Translations under genes and position numbers: made by a program
The notes under the pieces: generated by a model
What the model was told of the DNA's origin: nothing
The model's input: only the letters and a program-made list of their open reading frames with translations
Databases searched by the model: none
Part shown: positions 18,557 to 27,779 of the stretch, piece after piece
Numbering within the stretch: position 1 is the first letter of the stretch
Layout: every line of letters starts with the position of its first letter
Assembly: GCA_946221765.1 (NCBI GenBank)
Contig: CAMIMK010000001.1
Location: 1 to 38,928, forward strand
DNA from: an uncultured Rhodovulum sp.
GTDB taxonomy: Bacteria; Pseudomonadota; Alphaproteobacteria; Rhodobacterales; Rhodobacteraceae
Length of the DNA stretch: 38,928 bases
Direction of reading: 5' to 3'

Positions 18557-19444
18557 ATGGTGGAGGAGCGAACCACGCCGCTGCGTGAGCGGATGATCGA
18601 AGACATGCGCATTCGCGGAATGGGCGAGAAGGCGCAGCAGGCGCATATCCGGGCGGTTAAGGACTTCGCCGCGTTCCTCGGGCGGTCCCCCGACATGGCG
18701 ACGCCCGAAGACCTGCGCGCCTACCAGCTCCACATGACTGACGCCGGGATCACGCCTCCCACGTTCAACGCGCGTATCGTGGCGTTGCGCTTCTTCTTCG
18801 GCATGACCTGTGGGCGCGAGGAGATGAAGCGGTACATGCAGTTCCGCACCCAGCCGCGCAAGCTGCCGGTGGTGTTCAGCGTCGAAGAGGTGTCGGACCT
18901 GCTGACGGCGACGCCGGGACCAGGGCTCAAGTATCGCGCAGCGCTCAGCATCTCCTACGGCGCCGGGCTTCGGGCCGCGGAGGTCTGCAACCTCAAGGTC
19001 GGCGACATCGACAGCGACCGGATGCTGATCCATGTCGAACAGGGCAAGGGGCGCAAGGACCGCAAGGTCATGCTGTCGCCGAGCCTGCTGGCGCTGCTGC
19101 GAGACTACTGGCGCGAGGCCCGGCCCGAGGGCTGGCTCTTTCCGGGCAAGCCGAAGATCAACCCGATCTCGCCGCGGCAGTTGAACCGGGCCTTCATGTC
19201 GGCCAAGCACATGGCGGGCATCGCCAAGCCGGCGACGCTGCACACCCTGCGCCACAGCTTCGCCACCCATCTCCTCGAGGCCAACACCGACGTGCGGGTG
19301 ATCCAGGTGCTGCTCGGGCACGCCAAGCTGACTACCACCGCCCAGTACACCCACGTCGCTACCAGGACGATCCGGGACACCGTCAGCCCCTTCGAAGCGC
19401 TGAAGAAGCTGCAGGACGCGACCCTGCGACGAGGTCTCGAGTAG
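18557..19444 (+). CDS. Tyrosine recombinase (integron-integrase/XerD-like, N-terminal SAM-like domain)
   Basis: TPLRERMIEDMRIRG, YGAGLRAAEV, QGKGRKDR, HTLRHSFATHLLE, LLGHAKLTTTAQYTHV: catalytic R-K-H-R-H-Y intact. SD CAGGAGG. Confidence 0.93.
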   Translation: MVEERTTPLRERMIEDMRIRGMGEKAQQAHIRAVKDFAAFLGRSPDMATPEDLRAYQLHMTDAGITPPTFNARIVALRFFFGMTCGREEMKRYMQFRTQPRKLPVVFSVEEVSDLLTATPGPGLKYRAALSISYGAGLRAAEVCNLKVGDIDSDRMLIHVEQGKGRKDRKVMLSPSLLALLRDYWREARPEGWLFPGKPKINPISPRQLNRAFMSAKHMAGIAKPATLHTLRHSFATHLLEANTDVRVIQVLLGHAKLTTTAQYTHVATRTIRDTVSPFEALKKLQDATLRRGLE

Positions 19445-19456
19445 CCTTCGGGGCGC

Positions 19457-20650
19457 GTGCCCCGGCCACGGCTGGAGATCGCCGACATCTTCCGCACCCA
19501 TGGCCCCGCGTGGCGACGGGCCCATGCCGGGCATGTCAGCCTGACCCAGCTCAAGGTGATGTCGGCAATCGAGGCCTGCCGCACCGAGACTCTCGGTGGG
19601 CATGTCGCGGGCTGCGCCAAGTGCGGCCACCAGCACATCGCCTACAACTCCTGCAAGAACCGGCACTGCCCGAAGTGCCAGGGACCGGCGGCGCGCGACT
19701 GGATGGCGGCGCGCGCCGAGGACCTGTTGCCGGTGGAGTATTTCCACGTCGTCTTCACCCTGCCGGCCGAGATCGCCCGCATCGCGTACTGGAACAAAAA
19801 GGCGGTCTACGATCTGCTGTTCAAGGTGTCGGCCGAGACGGTGACGACGATCGCTGCCGATCCGAAGCGGCTCGGCGCGCGGGTCGGGATGACCAGCGTG
19901 CTGCACACCTGGGGCTCGGCGCTGACGCACCATCCCCATGTCCACATGATCGTCCCCGGCGGCGGCCTGTCGCCGGACGGCGCCCGATGGGTGTCCTGCC
20001 GCCCAGGGTTCTTCCAGCATGTCCGGGTGCTGTCGCGCCTGTTTCGACGGCTGTTCCTCGAAGGATTGCTCGCGCTGCATCGCGCCGGCGCGCTCGTCTT
20101 CTTCGGCGATCTGGCCGGGCTGGCAACCGCGCGGGCTTTCGCCGCATGGACCGCACCTTTCCGCAAATCCGAATGGGTGGTCTACGCCAAGCCGCCCTTC
20201 GGGGGGCCCGCGGCGGTGCTGGCCTACCTCGGCCGCTACACCCACCGCGTCGCCATCTCAAACGCCCGGCTTGTCAGCGCGGATGCCGATACGGTCGCCT
20301 TCCGCTGGAAGGACTACCGCATCAAGTCCGGCGACCGACAGAAGGTGATGCGGCTCGCGACGGACGAGTTCATCCGACGGTTCCTGATCCACGTCCTTCC
20401 CGACGGCTTCCACCGCATCCGGCACTACGGCCTGCTCGCCAGCGCCGCCCGCAAGGCCAACGTCGCGAAGATCCGTGACCTGCTCGACGCCGACCGGCCG
20501 GAACAAAAACCGCAACCGATCGCCGAGATCGTCCCGCTCACCCTGCGCGAGCCATGCCCCTGCTGCGGCGGTCCGATGCGCATCATCGAGATATTCGGTC
20601 CCGGTCAGCCGCCACGATCCCGGGCGCCGCCATCGGAGCGGGCGGCATGA
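19457..20650 (+). CDS. IS91-family (HUH, Y2) transposase
   Basis: Zn-binding CAKCG...YNSCKNRHCPKC, LHTWG...HPHVHM (HUH), YLGRYTHR (Y2), HVLPDGFHRIRHYG. Confidence 0.95.
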   Translation: MPRPRLEIADIFRTHGPAWRRAHAGHVSLTQLKVMSAIEACRTETLGGHVAGCAKCGHQHIAYNSCKNRHCPKCQGPAARDWMAARAEDLLPVEYFHVVFTLPAEIARIAYWNKKAVYDLLFKVSAETVTTIAADPKRLGARVGMTSVLHTWGSALTHHPHVHMIVPGGGLSPDGARWVSCRPGFFQHVRVLSRLFRRLFLEGLLALHRAGALVFFGDLAGLATARAFAAWTAPFRKSEWVVYAKPPFGGPAAVLAYLGRYTHRVAISNARLVSADADTVAFRWKDYRIKSGDRQKVMRLATDEFIRRFLIHVLPDGFHRIRHYGLLASAARKANVAKIRDLLDADRPEQKPQPIAEIVPLTLREPCPCCGGPMRIIEIFGPGQPPRSRAPPSERAA

Positions 20651-20989
20651 CGCCACGCCCGTCATCCTGGCCGATCCAACCCCGGATCCCGATCGGGTGC
20701 CGGCCGACCTGTTCTTCGCCCAGTCAGCGCCACCTCCCGAAACGCGGGGCGAACCGGCCAAACGGTCTCGCCGAAACCCCGCGCATCGCCGGAGCCCAAC
20801 TGCCGCCGCCCGTGACGACGAGAGCCATCCGCCCGTCCACGACGACAGCAGCGTCAACCGTCACCGCGCTTTCCCCATAGACAGCACCCAGCCCCACGCG
20901 GCTTCCTCCTTGGGAGGTTTTCCAACGCGGGCCGAGGTCGCGCCCGTGACAGGCGTCACGCCCCGGCCCGCATCAGAAAACCTTCACCA

Positions 20990-21046
20990 AAGCTGCCGTT
21001 GGCCCTGACCCGGCTTCGCGCCGCAGCATGCTCAATAGCAGCCGTT
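20990..21046 (+). repeat. Two-box motif, left copy (AAGCTGCC...CGCAGCAT...TAGCAGCC)
   Basis: Boxes start 46 bp apart. Inverted counterpart at 27780-27835. Confidence 0.55.
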
Positions 21047-21199
21047 CGGGCTCAGAAATCGCGCGAGCCTTCATCGAGGCCCAAGCGTGACAGTAATCTT
21101 CCGGCTGGCACCCGGCTTGTCGGCGATGTTACCGCTTGCGAGCCGATGCAAGAATTGCGTTTGTTCTCGTTTTGTGCCAAAATTGTGAGGGAGGCGGTG

Positions 21200-23194
21200 A
21201 TGGCGGACGCACACTTTAGCGTACAGGTCGAGAGCGACCACCTGAAACGGCTGTCCGCAGCTCGGCCGATCCCCGCCGTGTCGGAGCTCATCTGGAATGC
21301 ACTCGACGCCGACGCCACCCGAGTAGACCTTGAAGTCGATGCCGATGAGATCGCCATGCGGTCGATCACGGTTCGCGACAATGGCACGGGTTTCCCGCAC
21401 GCTCGAGCGGAAGAGCTGTTCGGACACGTGGGCGGATCGTGGAAGGCGCACGGCTCTCGCTCCGCGCATAACCGCGTTCTCCACGGGAAGGAGGGGAAGG
21501 GTCGCCTGAAGGCCTTGGGTCTCGGCCGCGTCGCAGACTGGGATGTCCGCTATCGCGAGGGCGACCGGCTGCTGGGCTACCGCATCTCACTCATCCGCGA
21601 CGACCTGAAGGACGTGCGGGTATCCGAGCCGGTGGAGATCAACGCAGACCTGGGCACCGGGGTCGACGTCCGCATATCCGAACTCGACCGGACCTATCGG
21701 TCGCTGGCGTGGGACGCTGCAGTGCAGGCGCTCTCCGAGGTGTTCGCGCTTTACCTGACCGACTATACCGATGCCGCGGTCTTCGTCGAGGGCGCGTGCC
21801 TCGATCCGTCGGCCCTGATCGTCGATCGTAAGCCCATCCCTCTCTCGGCGATCGTCGATGAGGGACAGGAGTTTCCCGCCGAGGTTGAGGTCATCGAGTG
21901 GAGGTCTGGCGCAGAGCGGTGGGTGTTCCTCTGCGGCCCGGAGGGTTTCCCCTTCCATCGGATCACGCCGCGCTTTCAGACGCCGGGCTTCCGCTTCTCG
22001 GCCTACCTGAAGTCCAGCTACGTGAGCCTCCTGCAGGAGCGGGGCCAGATCGACCTGGCCGAGATGATCGCACCGCTCCAGACCGTCTATGACGAGGCGT
22101 CGGACAAGATCAAAGCCCACTTCCGCGCCAAGGAGGTCGAGACCGCGAGGTCCGAGATCGAGCAGTGGAAAACTGAGAAGGTCTACCCCTACAAGACGGA
22201 ACCGCAGACGTCCGTCGAGCAGGTTGAACGCCAAGTGTTCGACATCGTGGCGCTCAAGGTCAACGAACACCTCCCTGAATTCGCGGAGCAGGGACACCGG
22301 TCCAAGGCCTTCCAGCTCCGCATGCTAAGGCAAGCGATAGAGCGCGGCCCGGAGGAGCTTCAGCTCATCCTGACCGAGGTGCTCGACCTCCCCGAGCGAA
22401 CTCGCGCGGAACTGGCGAAGCTCCTCGAGGACGCCAACCTCACCAACGTCATCACGGCCGCCCGGCAGGTGGCCGACCGACTCAAGTTCATCCACGGCCT
22501 CGACGCGCTGCTATTCGACCGCGAGAGCCAGAAGCTCCTGAAGGAGCGCAGCCAACTTCACCGGATGATCGCCGACAACAACACATGGATGTTCGGCGAG
22601 GAGTTCAACCTGACCGTCGACGACCAGTCGTTGACAGAGGTGCTCCGAAAGCACCGGAAGCTCATCGGCGCCGACGTAGTGATTGACGACGAGCCCGTGA
22701 GGCGCATCGGCGGAAAGGTCGGCATCGTGGACCTGATGCTTTCGAGGTCTGTTCCCCGCAGCCGCCCAGACGAGCGCGAGCACCTGATCATCGAGCTCAA
22801 GCGCCCGTCGGTGAAGATCGGCAGGGACGAAATTGGCCAGATCAAGGACTACGCCTTCGCGATCGCGGAGGATCAGCGCTTCGCCTCCCACACCACGCGC
22901 TGGAGTTTCTGGGTGGTCTCCAACGAGCTCGATGCGTTCGCTAAGAGAGACACGCGGCAGGATAGCAAGCCAAGGGGACAACTCTACAGCGGCGACGGCA
23001 TCGAGATCTGGGTGAAGCCTTGGGGCGAGATAATTGATGGGTGCAAAGCCCGCATGAACTTCGTGCAAGACCACCTTCAAGCGAACGTCGATCGCGAGAA
23101 CGCCCTCAAGCATCTAAAGCAGGTCTACGCCAAGGTCCTGGCCGGCGTGGCAGAGGGGTACGCCGCCGACGAGGAGACACAAGCCGAAGGCTGA
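21200..23194 (+). CDS. GHKL (HATPase/MORC-like) ATPase fused to a C-terminal PD-(D/E)XK-type nuclease domain
   Basis: AVSELIWNALDADA, VRDNGTGF, HGKEGKGRL, GTGV at the N-terminus. VDLMLSR...IIELKRP...QIKDYA near the C-terminus. SD GGGAGG before ATG 21200. Confidence 0.8.
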   Translation: MADAHFSVQVESDHLKRLSAARPIPAVSELIWNALDADATRVDLEVDADEIAMRSITVRDNGTGFPHARAEELFGHVGGSWKAHGSRSAHNRVLHGKEGKGRLKALGLGRVADWDVRYREGDRLLGYRISLIRDDLKDVRVSEPVEINADLGTGVDVRISELDRTYRSLAWDAAVQALSEVFALYLTDYTDAAVFVEGACLDPSALIVDRKPIPLSAIVDEGQEFPAEVEVIEWRSGAERWVFLCGPEGFPFHRITPRFQTPGFRFSAYLKSSYVSLLQERGQIDLAEMIAPLQTVYDEASDKIKAHFRAKEVETARSEIEQWKTEKVYPYKTEPQTSVEQVERQVFDIVALKVNEHLPEFAEQGHRSKAFQLRMLRQAIERGPEELQLILTEVLDLPERTRAELAKLLEDANLTNVITAARQVADRLKFIHGLDALLFDRESQKLLKERSQLHRMIADNNTWMFGEEFNLTVDDQSLTEVLRKHRKLIGADVVIDDEPVRRIGGKVGIVDLMLSRSVPRSRPDEREHLIIELKRPSVKIGRDEIGQIKDYAFAIAEDQRFASHTTRWSFWVVSNELDAFAKRDTRQDSKPRGQLYSGDGIEIWVKPWGEIIDGCKARMNFVQDHLQANVDRENALKHLKQVYAKVLAGVAEGYAADEETQAEG

Positions 23195-23257
23195 TTCTCT
23201 GCGTTGCGACCCGACTCGGACTGAGTCCCAGCTGCAACGAGACAGAGAATCTCAGCC
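23189..23257. other. 69-nt imperfect inverted repeat between the two cargo units
   Basis: GGCTGA-TTCTCTG-CGTTGC...GACTC-N5-GAGTC...GCAACG-aga-CAGAGAA-tc-TCAGCC. Confidence 0.7.
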
Positions 23258-23359
23258 CTCAAAACCGGTTTCGCTGGCGCCTCAGCCCGCGACGTTGCTA
23301 AACAATGGGGAAAGGCGCGCGATCGTAGACTGCGTCCAGAAAGTCGTAAAGGCTCAAAT

Positions 23360-24442
23360 ATGGCGTCGGCACAGCAGCTTATCGGGCTCGTAAAGAGCCA
23401 TGCGGAGGGGGATGAAGAGCGTTTCTTCGATCTCGCGATGCAGCTTGCCGCAGCGGAAGAGCAGCGTGGTCATACTCGACTGGCGGAACAGCTGCGCCAG
23501 TGGGCGGAGGCGTCTCGCGTTCCGCGTCAAAGCGCAACTTCAAAGCTGACGCCGCTGGCCGCCCCGCGCGGCGATCTCGCGGGCATTCTGGGTGCGCGCT
23601 ATCCGACAACCTCGCTCAGCGATCTGATCTTGCCGGACCACCTTTCCGACGAATTGCGCCAGATCGTTGTCGAGACTCGGAAGCGTGACCTCCTCGAGGA
23701 GAAGGGTCTCTATCCGCGGCGACGTCTTCTTTTTTCGGGCCCGCCGGGTACGGGCAAGACGCTGAGCGCCGAGGCACTGGCCGGTGAACTGAAATTCCCT
23801 TTGTTCACGGTGCTTTTGCACGGGCTTATCACCAAATTCATGGGTGAGACCGCGCAGAAACTGCGTCTGATTTTTGATGCGATCCGCACGACTCGCGGCG
23901 TCTACCTGTTCGACGAAATTGATGCGCTGGCAGCATCTCGTGGGAACGAAAACGACGTTGGCGAAGCAAGGCGAATTCTAAATTCATTCTTGCAGTTTCT
24001 CGATGAGGACACTGGCCCATCGATCGTTGTCGCGACCACAAATATTCCTGAAATCCTCGACCGGGCAATTCTTCGGCGTTTCGAACTGGTGCTGCCCTAC
24101 GAGCTGCCCTCGCGGGAAGCAGTCCAAAAGGCAATGCGACACCGCCTCATTGGATTCGACGTTGATGGCGTGGACTGGGACGCTGTATCTGTGGTTGCGC
24201 AAGGCCTTTCAACGGCAGATGTCGTTGCTGCGGGCGAAGACGCGGGGAGACGCGCTGTCTTGTCCTCAACGGACAAAATTCTGACAAATACGCTCATCGC
24301 CTCAATGGAGCGCAGGCGTTCGTTGCAAGGACTTGGAACATCTCTGAATGGAACGAAATCGCCCTCATCTGATCGTAAACGGCCTCGGACAGGCAGTCGC
24401 GTTTCAGGCGAAGGGCGGCGGTCAGGCAAATCGACCGAGTGA
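23360..24442 (+). CDS. ietA: AAA+ ATPase of an IetAS-type system
   Basis: Walker A GPPGTGKT, ITKFMGETAQKL, Walker B LFDEIDAL, DVGEARRILNSFLQ, LDRAILRRF. Directly upstream of an S8 peptidase. Confidence 0.85.
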   Translation: MASAQQLIGLVKSHAEGDEERFFDLAMQLAAAEEQRGHTRLAEQLRQWAEASRVPRQSATSKLTPLAAPRGDLAGILGARYPTTSLSDLILPDHLSDELRQIVVETRKRDLLEEKGLYPRRRLLFSGPPGTGKTLSAEALAGELKFPLFTVLLHGLITKFMGETAQKLRLIFDAIRTTRGVYLFDEIDALAASRGNENDVGEARRILNSFLQFLDEDTGPSIVVATTNIPEILDRAILRRFELVLPYELPSREAVQKAMRHRLIGFDVDGVDWDAVSVVAQGLSTADVVAAGEDAGRRAVLSSTDKILTNTLIASMERRRSLQGLGTSLNGTKSPSSDRKRPRTGSRVSGEGRRSGKSTE

Positions 24443-26783
24443 TGTCCCAAACCGTCGCGAACACGCTCAGGCGCTGCTGCAGGCAATCGACGCGATCGGC
24501 GATCCGGCCGCGCAGAACCGGCCCGGTGTCTACCTTGAGATGCAAGGCAGGCCGAACGAACCCTTTGTAACGAAGAGCCTGGATGCCAGTGGCCTCCATC
24601 TTCTCAAGGTTTCCACTGACCCCGAGAATGCAGACGCCCCGGCTCGTGCCACCGTTTTCGCTTCGGCTGCAGGCATGGGTAAGCTCAGAGGGAAGATTCG
24701 GGCCTTTCAGGATGAGGACACGGGGAAAGGCCGGCCCAAGAATGCGGACTTGGTGCAGAGCATCTCGGCCATCGTCGAAGCAGGGTTGCGCGCTCTTTGG
24801 CGGAGCCCTCACGCGAGATTCCCTGCCCAAGGCCAGAGGTACCCTTGGGAGATATGGTTGGAACGAAATGAAGCGGACCGTTTCCTGGAGCGAGCGCAGG
24901 CTCTCGGGATCCGCTTCGAAGGGGATCGTCTGCAGTTTCCCGAGGATGTTGTTGTTGTTGGTCATGGAACGCACGAGCAAATTGTCACAGCCGTTCGTAA
25001 TTTTGGAACAGTGAAAGCTCTTGCTGCACCTTCTGTTCTTTCCGAATTCTTCGACGGAATGCCGCCGGAGGAACAGGCGGCGTGGGCCCAAGCCATGCAA
25101 GGTCTAATTCAGGCACCAAATGCTGCTGATCCGAGGTTCATCACACTCCTCGATAGCGGCATTGGACTGAACCATCCTCTCATCCAGCCTTTTCTTGATC
25201 CAGCTGACCGCCACGCAGCCGAACCAGGTTGGGGCTTGGACGACACGCATGGACACGGCACTCAGCTGGCCGGGCTTTCGCTCTTCGGCGATCTGCTCCC
25301 GGTAATCCAAAGCAACATCCCATTGCACGTTGGTTATCGGCTTGAGTCTGCCAAAATCATCCCCGACGCAGGCCAGAACCCTCACCACCTGCTGGGTGCG
25401 GTGGTTCTCAAAGCCGTAAATGCGGTTGAAGCCAATGCGGAGCGCGGTCGAACCTTCGCGCTGGCCAGCACCACCGACGAAGACACGCCGCACGACGGCG
25501 CGCCGACATCGTGGTCGAGCGAAATCGATCAGCTGACCGCAGGTGTGTCAGGCAACCAACGTCGACAGCGGCTGTTTGTGATATCCGCGGGGAACACCGA
25601 TCAAAACCGATTCCGTGGTGCGGATTACCTTTCGATTTGCGATGACCCTGACCACGAGATTCAATCCCCGGCTCATGCTTGGAATTCCATCTGTATTGGG
25701 GCGCAGACCGAAAAGGTGAGGATGCCGGCTGCGCTGCCTGGGCAGGCCGTTGCGCCCATGGGCGATCTGGCACCGTCGTCGCGGACCGCAAGTTGGTCGA
25801 AACACTGGCCGATCAAGCCCGATATGGTGATGGAGGGTGGTAACTGGGTTCAGGACCGTTTTCCGCCGCCCATGAAGCACCCGGCCCTCTCGCTGCTCAC
25901 CACAGATCACAACTACCCCTTGCGCTCCCTTACAACGACCGCTGATACGAGCGCCGCGACGGCGCTGGCGGCAAAAGCGATTACGGAGCTTTGGGAAGAC
26001 TATCCGCACCTGTGGCCCGAAACGATCAGGGCGATATTTGTCTCGTCTGCGCGATGGACGGAACGGATGATGTCGCACCTTCCGCGAAATCCTACAAAGG
26101 GAGACTTCGCCCGGCTGTTTCAGAGATATGGCTACGGCGTCCCTGATCAGGCACGAGCGCGACGTAGCGCCGCCAATGCCCTATCCCTTGTCGTCCAGGA
26201 CACGATAATTCCGTATCGGCCGAGTGCCACCGCTGGGGCTGAGCCTGTCCACAATCAGATGAAGTTCTTCCAGCTGCCTTGGCCGAGAGAGGCGCTTCGG
26301 CAGCTTGGCACAGCGGAGGTCACGCTTCGCGTGGCACTCAGCACTTTCATCGAACCCAATCCTTCAGAAGCGGCCCGCGGATCGAAGTTCCGCTACGCGT
26401 CCCACAATCTTCGGTACAAACTGAACCGGGCCAACGAGAACCCGGCGCAGTTCCAGGCAAGAATCAACAAACTCGCCGATGACCCCGACGCAGAGCCTGT
26501 AGCCGAAGATGACGGCTGGACGTTCGGCCGTAACCGGCGGGACGTCGGTTCCTTGCATATCGATGAGTTTCGTTGTCCCGCCTCGGATCTTGCGCGCCGA
26601 AATCTCCTCGCTGTCCACCCTGTTGCGGGATGGTGGAAATCCAAGTCGGTTCAAAACGTCGACCAGAAAACGGCGCGTTTTGCACTGGTCGTCGAATTAG
26701 ATGCCGGCGTCGTGGAGGCCGATCTCTACGCCGAAGTCAAAGCGGCGATCGCGAACCTGATCCTCCCCCAGATTGCGGTTTAG
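24348..26783 (+). CDS. ietS: S8 (subtilisin-like) serine peptidase of an IetAS-type system
   Basis: Triad motifs LLDSG, HGHGTQLAG, TSAATA, plus oxyanion ISAGN. Also PIKPDMVMEGGN, WPETIRA, YGYGVP. Confidence 0.87.
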   Translation: MERNRPHLIVNGLGQAVAFQAKGGGQANRPSDVPNRREHAQALLQAIDAIGDPAAQNRPGVYLEMQGRPNEPFVTKSLDASGLHLLKVSTDPENADAPARATVFASAAGMGKLRGKIRAFQDEDTGKGRPKNADLVQSISAIVEAGLRALWRSPHARFPAQGQRYPWEIWLERNEADRFLERAQALGIRFEGDRLQFPEDVVVVGHGTHEQIVTAVRNFGTVKALAAPSVLSEFFDGMPPEEQAAWAQAMQGLIQAPNAADPRFITLLDSGIGLNHPLIQPFLDPADRHAAEPGWGLDDTHGHGTQLAGLSLFGDLLPVIQSNIPLHVGYRLESAKIIPDAGQNPHHLLGAVVLKAVNAVEANAERGRTFALASTTDEDTPHDGAPTSWSSEIDQLTAGVSGNQRRQRLFVISAGNTDQNRFRGADYLSICDDPDHEIQSPAHAWNSICIGAQTEKVRMPAALPGQAVAPMGDLAPSSRTASWSKHWPIKPDMVMEGGNWVQDRFPPPMKHPALSLLTTDHNYPLRSLTTTADTSAATALAAKAITELWEDYPHLWPETIRAIFVSSARWTERMMSHLPRNPTKGDFARLFQRYGYGVPDQARARRSAANALSLVVQDTIIPYRPSATAGAEPVHNQMKFFQLPWPREALRQLGTAEVTLRVALSTFIEPNPSEAARGSKFRYASHNLRYKLNRANENPAQFQARINKLADDPDAEPVAEDDGWTFGRNRRDVGSLHIDEFRCPASDLARRNLLAVHPVAGWWKSKSVQNVDQKTARFALVVELDAGVVEADLYAEVKAAIANLILPQIAV

Positions 26784-27672
26784 GGCTCGGGCGAGCGGGG
26801 CGGCAGCGGCAGGATGGTGATGTTTCGCGGGACGACGACGAGGGCGCGGGCGAGGTGCCAGCCCGCCTTGTCGAGGATGAGGACCGCATGGGCATCGGGC
26901 GCGACGGCGGCGCTGATCTCCCCGAGGTGCGCCTGCATGGCGGGCGTGTCGCAGAACGGCATGACGATGCCGGCGCCCTTGCCCTCGGCCGGGCAGATCG
27001 CGCCGAAGATGTAGGCCCAGGCGGTGCGCTGGTCGTGCGGCGCCCGTGGCCGGGTACCGCGCTTCGCCCACCTCCGGGTGAGCTTGTTCTTCTGCCCGAT
27101 CCTGGCCTCGTCCTGGAACCAGAGCTCTATGCGCCTGCCCGGGTGGGCGGCCCGGATCTCCGCCACGCGCTCCGGGAGACTTTTTTAAACGCTTCCGCCG
27201 CCTCCGGATCCTGGGCGTAGTGCCGCGGCCGCGCCGAGAGCTTGCGGAAGCCGAGCGCCCGGAGTTCCCGACCGACCGTCTCCTCGCTCACCGACACCTC
27301 GAATTCCTCCCACAGCCACTGCACCAGGTCGATCCGCCGCCAGCGCACCACGCCATCGCGCCAGGGCTCGGGGCCCGCCTCCACAACCCGCCCCAGCGCC
27401 GCTCGCTGCTCCCCGGTCAGCGTCGGTGCCCTGCCGGGCGCCTTGCGGTCGACCAGACCCTCCGGCCCCTCCGCGTTGAAGCGGAGCACCCAGTCCCGCA
27501 CGATCTGCAATCCGACCCCGCCCAACCGGGCGGCCTCCGTCCGCGTGCCGCCGTCGAGGATCGCCGCGACCGCCAGCAGTCGACGCACCTGCTTCGCGTC
27601 CCCGCTGGCTCGCGCCAGACGGCACACATCGTCACCGCAGAAATCGTCTCGAAGCTCGATCGCTGCCGCCTT
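26784..27672 (-). pseudogene. IS630 transposase, start codon lost and C-terminus truncated
   Basis: AAG at 27672-27670 where ATG is expected (x-AAAIELRDDF...QIVRDWVLRFN). orfB WFQDEARIGQK...ILDKAGWH...LPPRSPE then stop. Confidence 0.8.
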
Positions 27673-27760
27673 GGAAAACCCCCTCGTTCTCCATGGTGAA
27701 TCACGCCGGCACGCTCAGGGAAATCCCACTTCGTGAGTCAGCAACCGCGCCCGCTGGTAT
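26784..27760 (-). mobile_element. IS630-family element remnant (left end intact, 3' end truncated)
   Basis: End ATACCAGCGG next to TA (27761-27762). orfA HTH + orfB DDE joined by an A6G frameshift site (27180-27186). Stops at PPRSPE, before the last catalytic Glu. Confidence 0.85.
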
Positions 27761-27779
27761 TAATGCCACCGTGCGGCCC

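Larger units (their letters stand above)
18428..20987 (+). mobile_element. IS91-like element carrying a tyrosine recombinase (core); composite with cargo probably extends to 27840
   Basis: int + HUH transposase operon. Inverted motif AAGGACGAAGCCGC (18428-18441) / GCGGCTTCCTCCTT (20898-20911). Terminal hairpin 20915-20983. Confidence 0.75.

Noticed and set aside
16949..20245. 1098-aa minus-strand ORF
   Set aside because: Antisense shadow spanning three clearly identified plus-strand genes; a high-GC artefact with no motifs.
20475..21008. 177-aa ORF after the IS91 transposase
   Set aside because: Overlaps the transposase end and the structured terminus; low complexity, no SD or motifs.
23189..23257. 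Classical integron attC site
   Set aside because: Lacks the RYYYAAC/GTTRRRY core boxes, and the recombinase does not show an obvious IntI-specific insertion. Kept only as attC-like.
23331..23345. GTCCAGAAAGT upstream of ietA resembling GCCCAGAAATT upstream of the WYL gene
   Set aside because: Short half-site similarity only, not palindromic here; could be chance.
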